From Chiloscyllium plagiosum (lineage: Eukaryota), in contig NC_057719.1 of the NCBI RefSeq assembly GCF_004010195.1, positions 44,473,103-44,537,102 of the forward strand: DNA of 64,000 nt, written 5' to 3'. Shown here in pieces: positions 13,320-25,820 of the stretch. The notes under the pieces were generated by a model that was given only the letters and a program-made list of their open reading frames with translations, was not told where the DNA came from and did no database searches. The position numbers and the translations under genes are program-made. Position 1 is the stretch's first letter; every line of letters begins with the position of its first letter.

Positions 13320-13600
13320 GCTGTATGGGTGTAATCGGTGGCTCCCTGAACCTGTGGAAAACTAGCAATGGCAGCAAAGTCTAATGGCGCTGCTTCCTGA
13401 CTTCCTGTGTCAAGAGGAATGATGGGTCTTGTAAAGACAACATCAATGACATCCCAGATGCAGTTATAAGTTGATACCTGTGAAATGCAGATGGTACATT
13501 TAGGATTGCCGAGGTGTGATTGCCACCCAGCTCTTGAGGCCAAATGTTTGTCCATCAGCTGACATGGATATGAGGCATTGACTCTGGACATCCTGAACCT
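13320..13600 (-). mobile_element. PIF/Harbinger (HARBI1-like) transposase relic
   Basis: ORF 13235-13591 contains CISQVSTYNCIWDVIDVVF...FAAIASFPQVQGATDYTHTAIR, the GFP.V.GAIDCTH motif. Confidence 0.8.
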
Positions 13601-13815
13601 TCCTCTACACTGTCTGTCACTCAGATGGAGATAGCTATATAAAAATCTGTAGTACCTGCGAGATTTCCTTCAATATGTTGGCTGTTGTCCTGTTCCTTCT
13701 CCCTTGAGGCTGTATAGTGGTGAATAGAGGATTCTGCTATTGCTGATCCTGTAGGAGTCTTCAATAGTGGCTCCTTCAGAACTTCAGGAGCAAAAGAAGG
13801 TTGACCTTAGCCATG

Positions 13816-13990
13816 ATTTGGAGATGCCGGTGTTGGATTGGGGTGAACAAAGTTAAAAATTACACAACACCAGGTTATAGTCCAACAGGTTTAATTGGAA
13901 GCACTAGCTTTTGCAAGGGGCGGCGTTCCAAAAGCTAGTGCTTCCAATTAAACCTGTTGGACTATAACCTGGTGTTGTGTAATTTTTGAC
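13816..13990. mobile_element. Penelope-type short inverted-repeat (hairpin) insertion
   Basis: About 60-bp near-perfect inverted arms around 13912-13928. Flanking duplication TTGACCTTAGCCATG at 13801 and 13986. Confidence 0.8.
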
Positions 13991-14619
13991 CTTAGCCATG
14001 GTCCTTTAACTTTCAGAAGAACTCTAGAAACAATAAATGAAAGCACACAGTCCTATTAACATAGTGCTTCACCTCTGTTATCCTTTTCCCATGAAGCTTT
14101 AGGTTATCCCCTCAGAAGTTAATCTCACATATAGCCAAATCCCCAACTGCATGTGCTTTCTGTGGTTCGACTTTGCTATGGGACTTGAGAAGGTAGCTCC
14201 TTGCTTCCAATACCATTGATGCCTGAAAGCAGATATTGCTGCTAGATTACCTTCTAGCCTGACAAAGCCCCTTCTCAAGAAAATGGTCATCCAAATATGT
14301 GTCTTGCTTACAAATTGACCTTGTGGCCTTGGTATGAAGTATCCACTCCCTCACCATACGCCACCACACCAGTCCTGTCTGTGTGAGAGGATATGGCAGC
14401 AATGAGCCATAGCTTGTAGTTCTTGTGGTGGTCTGCCACCACAAGCGGTATTAAGTGAATGAATCATGACCCTCTCCCAATCCCACCCTCATGAAAACCT
14501 GAAATTTTGAGTTTGGTGGAAGGACTTCAGATTTCAGACATCTACCAGCGTTTTCACCACAGCGGCCAGGTTTTCTGGCATGATGAAAATCTGAGTCACC
14601 TCTTCTTCACACTTTGGGT

Positions 14620-15630
14620 ATAGCCTTTTCAAAATCAAATACGTGATACCTTTGAGAATAAAAGAGTGGATTGGTTAAGTTAAAGAATACTCTGTGCCTT
14701 CTAAACTCACTTTCACTGAGGTTAGTTGTTGACTCAGACAGACACAGTCAACTCCTAAATTTGCTTGACCCCCTACTTTGAGATTGTACTCTCCCCTACC
14801 CAATTCTGCCAGACCCACTTTACTACATTCTAAAGCCCTCTATGACTGGAACCATTCCTTCAACTAGTCAATGCAACCAAGCCAAGCACCAGGTGTTAGC
14901 TGCTCACAGTCTTGTCAACATCATGGACATATCCTACAAATCCTTGCTGTTTTCCGTGACCATAGCTCATTCCCAGACTGAATATATAAGATATCCCCAA
15001 TTGCTGACCAACAAGGCTCAAACTAATTTGGTTGACTTCCAGCACTAACCATGGCTCAATCTCAGAACTGAAATGGTTCCATTCTACAGATCTGAATTGG
15101 ACCACTGCCTGACTAACTGTGGCTGGCACCTTGGACTATAAATGACTGCTGGACTGACTGTGGCAGTTCCCCCGACTTAGAGGAGTCCACTCTTACCACA
15201 TTAACCATATATCCCTTTCCTGTTAACACTTCACCATTCTCTTCATCCACATGCTTTGTGTCTGCCACATGCACTGAAAGCACATGTGCCAACTTTGCTG
15301 CTGAGGCCACATGTACCCACCCTTCCATGTTGATGTTTAAGTGTGTACTACATTCACAAGCTTCACCTTCCAAGTTAACCAGCATTCTCAGCCACAAGTT
15401 GATGTCTTGCCCCATTCTGTGCTGAATTTCCACCTCCAAGATGCAAGTTGCTACTTTGCCGTTCTTGAATTGGGTTCTGTAATGACCAATGACACATCTC
15501 GCCTTTCCCCCTTGGATGTGCGTATTGCAGTTGTAGAATTTACAGCAATAGTGAAGATAGCAAATATTTACAGCATCCGCTAGGAAGAGAAAAGGCAAAG
15601 AACTTACCAGTTGAAAGCCGAACACCAAGT
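14620..15630 (-). mobile_element. Possible Gypsy gag-like (PNMA-like) relic
   Basis: A long near-open minus frame continues ORF 15113-15628, with a weak FEP.W...IL...RI gag-like pattern. Confidence 0.3.
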
Positions 15631-16837
15631 TGCCAAATGCACATTTGTCACTGAAGCACTGAGTATCTTGATTGAGTCGAAAGTTAACTTGGAAAATGAA
15701 ATTAATTCCAGCAAGTTATGTAAGTAATGAGATGCAAATATATGTAGGTGAAATTCTCGACACTTAGTGTGAGAGGGCCAACTCACCTTTTGAGGAGAGA
15801 TGACCGGAACTGTTTGTAAAGATGGTGAAAATCTGATTTTTGAATCCTTTTCTAATGAGAAGTTTTCAAGTCCACCATTCAGCTCACCTCTTCAGGGTAG
15901 ACAAGCAGGAGGCTGGAAGAACACAGCAAACCAGGCGGCATCAGCAGGTGGAGAAATCAACATTTCGGGTAAACATTGACTTCTCCACCTCCTGATGCCG
16001 GCTGCCCTGCTGTGTTCTTCCAGTCTCCTGCTTGTCTATTTTGGATTCCAGCATCTACCGTTTTTTAACCACTTCAGGGAGCAAAACAAAATTGCACAGA
16101 TCTATATTTAAACAAACACATAACAGAAAACAAAGTACAAGTTTCAAGCTTTTCCAAACCTTTTTTGAGGTTGGCTGTTTCTAAACTGGAGCTTTATGCA
16201 CCCATCTTTGGCTTTCAGGTTGAAACCTGAGGTCAGTTGCTCACCTAAAACTTATCACTGTAATTTATGATTGTTGTTTCAGGAGATGACAGCCCTTTAA
16301 TAGTTTTCTTCAACTTGAACTTAACTTAAACCTGAAACTTTAGGATAAGGTTATCCCAAACTACTTGTCACAGTACCCACTGTTATCAAAACTTTGCATG
16401 CAGCCATTCACTGTTGTTGAGTACTGACCAAGTGCCCCTTTAAATCTCACAGTTTTTTAATCCCGGGTGTAACCAAATGCCTTACCTTGTAGACATGAAT
16501 GCTTTTGTCCAAAAACAAACTAAGAGGAAAGATAATTGCATTTAGTTAAAAACCTGGGATTAAACAACATTTTACCCCTTCCATTCTCGCAGGTCTCTCA
16601 CCACCTCTAGCTACTCTCATTATCTTTCACCTCCCAACCTCTCTCCCCACCCCACAGAAGTCAAGGGCCTTTCCCCCTGCTCTCATAACCCTGGAGTCTC
16701 TGCAACTTTGGACCACTAAAGTGAGGTTACATGAGAAATATTTGGGAAGCATCATCATTGGACAAGGATGATTATCCTCACTGAAAACACTGAATTTGCA
16801 ACAAATATTCACTGACAATGGAGACAGTCAAAATCAC

Positions 16838-19800
16838 CTTTTCTTTAATTTTAAAAATATACCTTATTCATAAAATATTTTGATGATCTGCACAATTGGT
16901 CATGCCATACATCCGTAAACATTCCATTTCTTGGTATACAGAGACAGAGAAATCATTCGTATATACAGGTCTGTACGATTACATATTTAGCTGGGGGGTC
17001 AGCGGAGCCCCCTTACAGCGTCAGACCACTGTGTTTAGGCAGGCAGACCTTACACAGTGCTCTTTCCCCACTGTGCCTTGGCGGCAGCTGCCCCAAGCTT
17101 CAGCTTGTCCCTCAACACGTAGTCCTGGACCTTGGAATGTGCCAGTCTGCAACACTCAGTTGGGGTCAACTCCTTCAGCTGGAAGATCAACAGGCTTCGG
17201 ACCACCCAGAGAATGTCCTTCATCGAGTTGATGATCCTCCAGTCACAGTTGATGTTTGTCTTGGTGTGGGTCCCGGGGAACAGATCGTACAGCGCGGAGT
17301 CCCGCGTCACGGCGCTGCTCGGGACGAACCTCGACAAACACCACTGCATTCCTCTCCAGACTTCTTCTGCATAGGCACATTCCAGAAGGAGGTGTGTGAC
17401 AGTCTCATCCCCCCGCAGCCACCTTGAGGGCAGCGTGCGGTGCGGCTGAGAGTCTGGGCGAGCATAAAGGATCTCACAGGCGGAGCCCTTCTCACCACCA
17501 GCCAAGCCATGTCTTGGTGCTTGTTGGAAAGTTCTGGCGATGAGGCATTCTGCCAAATGGCTTTGACAGTCTGCTCAGGGAACCGCTCGATAGGATCCGC
17601 CCTCTCCTTTTCCCGAAGGGTCTCAAGGACACTACGTGCTGACCACTTCCTGATGGACTTGTGGTCAAAGATGTTTTTCTTCATAAACTTCTCCACGAAG
17701 GACAGGTGATACAGAGCGGTCCAACTACTCGGAGCTTTTCGCGGCAGCGTGGCCAGGTCCATCCTTCGCAACACCGGGGACAGGTAGAACCTCAGTACGT
17801 AGTGACACTTGGTGTTTGCGTACCGGGGATCCACGCACAGCTTGATGCAGCCACACACAAAGGTGGCCATCAGGGTGAGGGTGGCATTGGGTGCATTTTT
17901 TCCCCCATTGCCCAGATCTTTATACATCGAGTCCCTTCAGACCCGGTCCATCTTTGATCTCCATAAAAATTGGAAGATGGCCCGGGTAACTGAAGTGGCA
18001 CAGGTTCTGGGAATAGGCCAGACCTGTGCCACGTATAATAGCAATGACAGTGCCTCACACCTGATGACCAGGTTTTTTTCCCTCGATGGAGAGCGACCGT
18101 AGCGTCCATCTGCCCAGTTTCTGCCTCACTTTGCTGATACGCTCCTGCCAAGACTTGGCGCACGCCCCAGCCCCCCCGAACCAAATACCCAGCACCTTCA
18201 GATGGTCGGCCCTGACGTTGAAGGGGATCGAGGATTGGTCAGCTCAGTTCTCGAAGAGCATGGTCTCACTCTTGCCTCGTTTTACCTTGGCCCCTGAGGC
18301 TCGTTCGAACTGGTCACAGATGCACATGAGTCTCTGCAAGGACAGCGGATCCGAGCAGAAAACGACGACGTCATCCATGTACAGGGAGGCCTTAACCTGC
18401 AGGCCCCCACTGCCAGGAATAGTCACCCCTCTCAGGCTCGCATCCTTCCTGATGGACTCAGCAAATGGCTCTATGCAGCACACAAACAAGGTAGGAGAGA
18501 GAGGGCAGCCATGCTGACTCCAGATCTGACTGGGAAGCTATCTGATTCCCACCCATTGATTGAGACTGCACTGACAATGTTGGTATAGAGCAGTCTGATC
18601 CAATTACCGATTCCCTCCCCAAAGCCCATTTTGGAGAGAACATCTCTCATATACCTGTGTGATATCCTGTCAAAGGCTTTCTCCTGGTCCAGGCTGATCA
18701 GGCAGGTGTCCACTCCCCTGTCCTGCACGTAGGCCATCATATCCCTGAGGAGTGCGAGACTCTCAGCCATCTTCCTGCCCGGCACAGCACAGGTTTGGTC
18801 AGGGTGAATCACCAACCCCAGAGCAGACCTGATCCAGTTGGTGATAACCTTTGACAGAATCTTGTAATCCGCATTCAACAGTGAGATTGGTCTCCAATTT
18901 TTGAGTTCCTCCCTCTCCCCCTTCTGCTTGTAGATGAGGGTGATGATGCCTTTCCTCATGGATTCGCTCATGGTACCTGCCCGAAGCATACTGACATACA
19001 CCTTCAGCAGGTCCTGGCCAATCAAGTCCCACAGAGCAGAATAGAGCTCAACCAGTAAGGCCTCGCTTCCGGGAATTTTATTCTTTTTGAAGGACTCGAG
19101 GGCCTTGGTCAGCTTGTCCAGAGATAGCGGCTGGTCCAGCCTCTCCCGTATTCTGTCGTCTAAGACCTCCATGATAGAGGACAGGAACGACAGGGAGGCC
19201 GCGCTGTCGGTTGGTTTTGTGTCATACAGACTGGCATAGAAGGATTTACTGATCCTCATGATGTCAGGCTGCTGAGCACGGAGCTCTCTTTGTGCACCTT
19301 CTGGAAGAAAAAACGTGAGCACGTCTCGTCCTGCTCCACCGAGCAGGTCCTGGACTGGAAGATTATCTTGGAGGCCTCTGCAGCAAAGAGCGAGGCTTGC
19401 TGGCCGTTCACTTCCTTGAGGTCCTCCGTGACATTGACACCCATTGTCTGCAGCAGGAGCAGGTTCTGCATACTTTCCTGGAGCTGGGACAGTTTTCCCC
19501 GCCTCTCTCTCACCTCCTGAACACCTTTGAGGATGAAGAACCTCTTGATGTTCCCTTCTACTGTTTCCCACCAGCCCGCTGGGGACTCAAAGAGGAGCTT
19601 CACAGTTCTCCAACCTGCATAGTCCCTCTTGAGCTCCTCAATGTTTCCCGGGGTCAACAGCTTTGTGTTCAGCTTCCATGTTCCCTTACCAGCCCGCTGC
19701 TCGTCCTGTAGGTGACAGTCGGCCAGCAGGAGGCACTGGTCAGAGAAGAACACCGGCTTGACATCGGTGGATCTGACCGAGCGCGTTTGGGACACAAACA

Positions 19801-20991
19801 GGTAATCTATCCTTGAGCGGATAGACCCTCTGCCTGTGACCAGGTGTATCTACACTGCGCTCCGTCTGCAGGGGTGCTGAAGACGTCGTGCAGCTTGGCA
19901 TCTTTTACCATGTCCATCAGGGCTCTGGACGTGGCGTCCAGTTTACTGTCCCCCCCGCCGGATCGTCCATCTGCATCAATGATACAGTTGAAGTCTCCGG
20001 CCAGAATGACTGACCTGGACATAGCCAGCAACAGTGGAAGCTGCTGTAGGACGGCCAACCATTCAGTCTTACCCACTGGGTACACATTAATCAGTCTCAG
20101 GGGAGCAGTCCTGTACATGACGTCGGTGACGAGGAGGCGCCCGCCCACCACCTCCTTAACCTCGGAGATGGTGAAGTTGCCTCCTTGCAATAGGATACCG
20201 AGGCCGGAGGCGTGGCTATCGTTGCCCCCCGACCAAACTGATGGCCCATGGGCCCACAAGCTCGACCATCTCCTGTAGCTGCTAAGGTGCGGTATCCCAC
20301 ACTCCTGCAGAAACAGGACGTCGGCTTTAACATTAGCCAGGAAGGCCATCGTAGAAACATGTCGCGTAGCCGATTTGATGCTACGCACATTGATGCTGGC
20401 AACTCTTATCCCCATTTTAACAGTTTACGAGGTTACCAGTGTTCATTTGCTGCTGGTCTTGCCTCTCTCAGGTAGCTGTGTGCACGTCCGTAGTGACGGC
20501 AAACTGCTGGACCCTCCCAGGGCTGAGGTAGCTGTCTGGCTCCATGCTGGGGCCATTTCCCCGCTCTGGTGTCTTCGGGTCGGGCCCAGGGTCTGCACAG
20601 TCCAGTTCTCTGTCCGACAGTGGGGCTGTCACAGGACCGCTGCTCCCAGTTACCTGGAGCTGTGGGACGGTGGGTACCTCGTGGTTCTCACTGGGTGGTG
20701 GGAGGTCTTTACCTGTCCCCTCAGAAAGATCGCGTTTTCCTGTTTAGGTGGTGCTGCCCTCCTTTTTCCCCGCTGCGCTCTGTCTCTTCCTTTGGTGATG
20801 ACTCTCCTTGCGCCCGTCCTCACCGTCAGAAGAGCTGCCTGTATCCTCGTCGTGTAGGTGTCATTTCCCTTTTTCCTCTTCCTGCTTTTGACAGTAATCC
20901 AATCCTCTGCCTCATTTGTTCCCTCCTCTTCCTTTTCCTCCGTCTGTCTTGAAGGAGCTTGGATCGGCTGCTGCACCTCCCCGCTGTCTGT
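16838..20991 (-). mobile_element. Tx1-clade non-LTR retrotransposon: 3' part of ORF1 plus frameshifted ORF2 (APE endonuclease, RT, C-terminal Cys motif)
   Basis: ORF2 starts at 20415 (MGIRVASINVRS...LQE...GDFN). RT motifs WRPISLLNADYKI, LDQEKAFD and LYMDD, then C-x-RGGC/HLLLEC. 13-bp TSD CAGTCAAAATCAC at 16825-16837 and 20992-21004. Confidence 0.95.
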
Positions 20992-21499
20992 CAGTCAAAA
21001 TCACGTACAGTGTTGGTTCAGAAAAATAATTGATGGCCCAGCTCACTGAATAGTTCATTCATCGTACTCACAGGAGCTGCTACCTCTTACAGGTCAGAGT
21101 CACTGTGATCGGTGAACGGAAAATGATCCATTGTTGCCTGACAGTATTGGTGATTCCCCTGCACTGCTACTGGCTCACTGATCTTTTTCTTTCATTGCAA
21201 AATAAATTGGCAATTGCAAGACTGGCTCCTGATTTCCATTTAAATTGGATCCATCATGCTCCTCTCCCATCTACTCTGTGCCTTTGCTGTCGCTGATTAT
21301 ATTGAGAACCTAACTGTTGGCTTCTGATCAGCCTGCTTTTTTGAAATCACATTGGGCGTCATGAACAACGCACTGGGGGTTTGGGACCCAGAATATCCTG
21401 ATTTCGGGGTCCCAACTGAGAAATAAAAATTGAACCCAAAGTATTTATTCAGAACCATGCCCATCTCTTCCACCTTTGCTTCGAGGTGATCTTGCTTAT

Positions 21500-24400
21500 T
21501 TCTTAGAGTAATACACCCTGGAAACTGGCCCTATGGCCCAACTCGTTCGTGCTGACCACATTTCCTAAACTGAACTAGTCCCATTTGCTAGTGTTTGGCC
21601 CATAACCCTTTAAACCTTTCCTATCCATGTACTTGTCCTAATGTCTTTCAAATGTTGTAACTGCACCTGCCTCTACCACTTTCTCTGGCAGCTCATTTCA
21701 AATACACACTACTCTTTATCTGAAAAGGTTTCTCCTCAGGTCCCTTTTAAATCTTTCACCTCTCACCTTAAACCTATGCTCTCTAGCTTTGGACTCCCCT
21801 ACCCTGGGCAAAAGAATCTGGCTATTCACCTTATCCACACCCTTCATGATTTTATAAACGTCTATAAGGTCACCCTTCAGCCTCTGACACTCCAGGGAAA
21901 AATGTCCCAGCCTATCCAGCCTCTCCTTATAACTCAAATCTTCTCATCTCGGTAATTTCTTTGCAAATATTTTTTGCACCCTTTCCAGTTTAACAAAATC
22001 CTTCCTGTAGCAGGGCAAACAGGATTGTGCACAGTACTGCAAATGTGGCCTCACCAATATCTTGTACAGCTATAACATGATGTCCCAATTCCTGCACTCA
22101 ATTCTTTGACCAATGAAGGGAAGTATGCCAAATGCTATCTTCACCACCCTGTCTACCTGTGATGCCACTTTTAAGGAACTATATACCAGTACCTCTATGT
22201 CTCTCTGTTTGACAACACTCCCTAGGGCCCTACCATGAGCTGTATTAGTCCTGCCCTGGTTTGTCTTACCAAAATGCAACGCCTCACATTTATCAGAAAT
22301 TAAACTCCATCTGCTATTCCTCGGTCCACTGGCCCAGTTGATCAAGATCCCGTTGTAATCTTAGATAACCTTCTTCATTGTACACTATGCCACCAATTTT
22401 GGTGTCATCCACAAACTTACTCACCTTACCTCCTATATTCTCATCCAAACTGTTTATGTAAATGACGAACAACAGTGGACTCAGCACTGATGCTTGTGGC
22501 ACACTGCTGGTCACAGACTGCCAACCTGATAAACAACCCTCTACCACCAACAATGCCAAACCCTTACCACCCGATGCCTGGAGGAAGAATGCCTCACATT
22601 CTGCCTTGGGACCCTGCCGCATAGGATCAATGTGGATTTCACTAGTTTCCTCATTTCTTCTCCCCTCACTTTAGCTCAATCCCAAGCCTCCAACTCTGCA
22701 CCGTCCTCCTGACCTGTCCATCACCTTTCCCATCTATCCACGTCACCCTCCTCACCAACCTATCACTTTCACCCCCACCTTCATCTACCTATCACATTCC
22801 CAGCTACCTTCCCCACAACCCCACCCCCCTCCCATTTATCTCTCAGTCCCCCAAGTCCACAAGCCTCATTCCTGATGAAGGGCTTATGCCTGACATGTTG
22901 ATTCTCCTGCTTCTCAGATGCTGCCTGACCTGTTGTGCTTTTCCAGCACCACACTCTCGCCTCTACCACCACTCTCTATCTCCTATCATCAAACCTGACA
23001 GCTCTCCCTGATCCCATATGATCCAAGCTTACTAAGCAGTCTACCATATGAAACCTTATTGATGGCCTTGCTAAAGTCCATGTCGATAATGTTTACCACT
23101 CTACCTTCATCTATCTTCTTGGTCACTTCTTCAACAAACTCAATCAAATTTGTGAGATATGATTTCTCATGCAACAAGCTATGCTGACTATCCCTAATCA
23201 GTCCTTGTTTTTTCAAATGCATGTAGGTCCTGTCTCTCAGAATCCCCTCCAACAACTTACTCAACACTGGCGTTTGGCTCACCGATCTGTAGTTCCCTGC
23301 CTTTCTCTGGTCTTCTGGCACCTCAATCTGTAGTTGTTAATGACAAAAATATCTCCATTAGGGGCCCTGCAATTTCATCCTTAGCTTCCCACAATGTATT
23401 GAAATAGACCCGATCAGGTCCCGGGGATTTATTGACCTTTAATCTTTTTAAGATTTCCAATACTTCTTTTTCTGTAATGTAGTTTCTTTCAAGACATCAC
23501 TGTGTATTTTCCCAAGTTCTCTAGCATCCATGTCTTTCCCCACAGATAAATACTGATGTAAAATATTCATTTAGTATCTCAAGCATCTCCTGTGGTTCCA
23601 CACACAGATAACTGTGTTGATCTTTAAGGAGCCCTATTCTCTCCTTAGTCACTCTTTTGCCCTTAATATTCCTGTAGAATGTTTTTGGATTCTTCTTTTA
23701 TCTTATCCGCCAAAGCTATTGTGGGCGGCACGGTGGCACAGTGGTTAGCACTGCTGCCTCACAGCGCCAGGGACCTGAGTTCAATTCCTGCCTCAGATGA
23801 CTGTCTGTGTGGAGTTTGCACATTCTCCCCGTGTCTGCGTGGGTTTCCTCTGGGTGCTCTGGTTTCCTCCCACAGTCCAAAGATGTGCAGGTTAGGTGAA
23901 CTGGCCATGCTAAATTGCCCATAGTGTTAGGTGTAGGGGAATGGGTCTGGGTGGGTGGCGGGTCGGTAATGGACTTGTTGGGCCGAAGGGCCTGTTTCCA
24001 CACTGTAGGTAATATAATCTATCTCATGTCCCTTTATTTCCCTCTTAAAAGTTCTCTTACTGTCCCTGTACTCAAGGGATTAATTTGATTCCAGCTACCT
24101 ACACCTGACATATGCCTCCTTCTTTTACTCTTCATACCCCTACTGTTTCTTTAATTATTTACATTTTCTCTATGCATTCATATCTTGGGGGGGGTATCTT
24201 GAGTTTACTTGTCATTTTTCTTTCCATTATCTCTTTGCTTTTCAAATTCACTTTTAAATTTCACCATTATACGTTCCATACTCCTGTGTGCTTTTTGTTG
24301 TATTGAGTTCTTGATATCAGCTTCCCACTTTTGCCTTAGCCCATGCTGAATTCTTTTTGATATCCAGAAATATCTAGAGTCAGGAGTACTATTTTATTTC

Positions 24401-24600
24401 TTTATGAAAAGAACATATTTGTTCTGAATACTCTCTATCTTTTATTGATTGCCTCTCACTGGTCTGATATTGATTTACCTTCAAGAAGCTGTCTCTGGTC
24501 CATGTTTCTTAGATCACATCAACTTAGTAAAATTGATCTTTCCCAATTGAGAACCTATACTCTGGTACCGTCTTTGTCATTTTCCCTAGCAACTTGAATT
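21500..24600 (-). mobile_element. Long degraded CR1/HER1 LINE, interrupted by a Penelope fragment (about 22545-22975) and an HE1 SINE
   Basis: GNYRSVSQTPV, DFSKAINKV, VTSSVPQASVLSPLLFVIYIN, KFVDDTK and GDLIDVYKIM in collinear minus ORFs. Confidence 0.9.
23722..24017 (+). mobile_element. HE1-type tRNA-derived SINE
   Basis: GGCACGGTGGCACAGTGGTTAGCACTGCTGCCTCACAGC head, B-box GTTCAATTCC, V-domain core GTGTGGAGTTTGCACATTCTCCCCGTG, CR1-like tail. Confidence 0.92.
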
Positions 24601-24639
24601 ATGATTACTTTATTGTGTAATTTGAAGCCACACTACAAG

Positions 24640-25820
24640 TTTACAGTCTTTACAGATTGATCAATGTGAATACAGTTAAGAACTGTATTTAGGCTTAGAC
24701 ATCAATGTAACACTAATTATTTTGCATGAGGACTAAATATTGCCGTATATGGTATTCATATCAAGCTCAGATTTTATGGTTAAATTTGGTACAGACTACT
24801 CCCTTTTCTTTTTGTGTTAATCACCATGTGCTCCCAGAAGCTTTCCGGTCTAAAGTTCCAGAGTGTTGAGTGTGCAGTCTGTTTCCAGAATGTTTTAACT
24901 TTGACCACACTGTGCCATTGATTTTCAATGATAAGCAGCTCATTGATATTATCACAACGTTGCTCTCGGGACTTGATGCTGATCCACTGATCCCCCTTCC
25001 ACATACACAGCTTCATGCCTTGAACCTAAATCTGAAATGATTCTATTCTTGTGGGCATATTATGTATTAGCCAAGAAATCCCCCTGAATGCATTTTAAGA
25101 ATTCTACAACATTTGTAAACTGACTTTATCTGACAGGAACCATATTGTCAGTTACATTTTGTGACCATATACTGTTGAGAATATGGGCTGTCATAAAATA
25201 AAATATTATACTGATGGCCAAAATATATTTAATATTCAGAATAAAATCAGTTCCTATTCATGTAGATCTTGGTGTTCTCCAAGCGGGTGGCGATGGCATT
25301 ATCACTGGACTGTTAACCTAGAGACCCAACTAATGTTCTGGGGACCTGGGTTTGAATCCTTCCATGTCAGATGCTGGAATAAAGAATCTAATGATGACTG
25401 TGAATAGATTGTAGGGAAAAACACATCTGGTTCACTAATGCCCGTTAAGAAAGGAGACTGTTGTCCTTACCCTGGCCTATACGTGACTCCAAGCCCACAG
25501 CTATGTGATTGACTCTTAACTGCTGCATTCTCAGCAATTAGGGATGGGCAATAAGTGATGCCCTCATCCTGTGAATGAATAAAAGGAAAAAAAACAGAAT
25601 GTTGATTCTCAACCTGCCTCCAGACAACTTTTGGAATTCCTGCTTCAAGGCAGAATTTCTCAGCCATCTTATTAACTTGTTTTGCACACCTGATTGGCTT
25701 ATGTTTCTCATAGTCACAGTAATAGCTTGAAATGATCCCAAAGCATATAGACTGAAGACAATTGCAACTGTGGACTCTCTTGCAGTGTTTCGCATGTGGG
25801 GTTTGGCTGTACATCAATTC
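24640..25820 (+). pseudogene. Candidate EVE: Mononegavirales-type L, CR I/II to polymerase motif A, split by CR1/SINE DNA (about 25040-25595)
   Basis: KYCRIWYSY...WLNL, then ECFNFDHTVPLIFNDKQLI (24888-24944), resembling CF.FD...DKA. After the insertions, LILNLPPDNFWNSCFKAEFLSHLINLFC (25629-25655 core) resembles motif A, D..KWN..FR.E...D.LFG. Confidence 0.55.
25285..25595 (+). mobile_element. tRNA-derived SINE with LINE-shared 3' tail
   Basis: B-box-like GGTTTGAATCC. The tail GGGATGGGCAATAA...TGAATGAATAAAA matches the LINE tails at about 11290 and 38045. Confidence 0.7.

Noticed and set aside
23722..23800. tRNA-like A/B boxes
   Set aside because: This is a SINE head, not a full cloverleaf tRNA. 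The same applies to the other HE1 copies.
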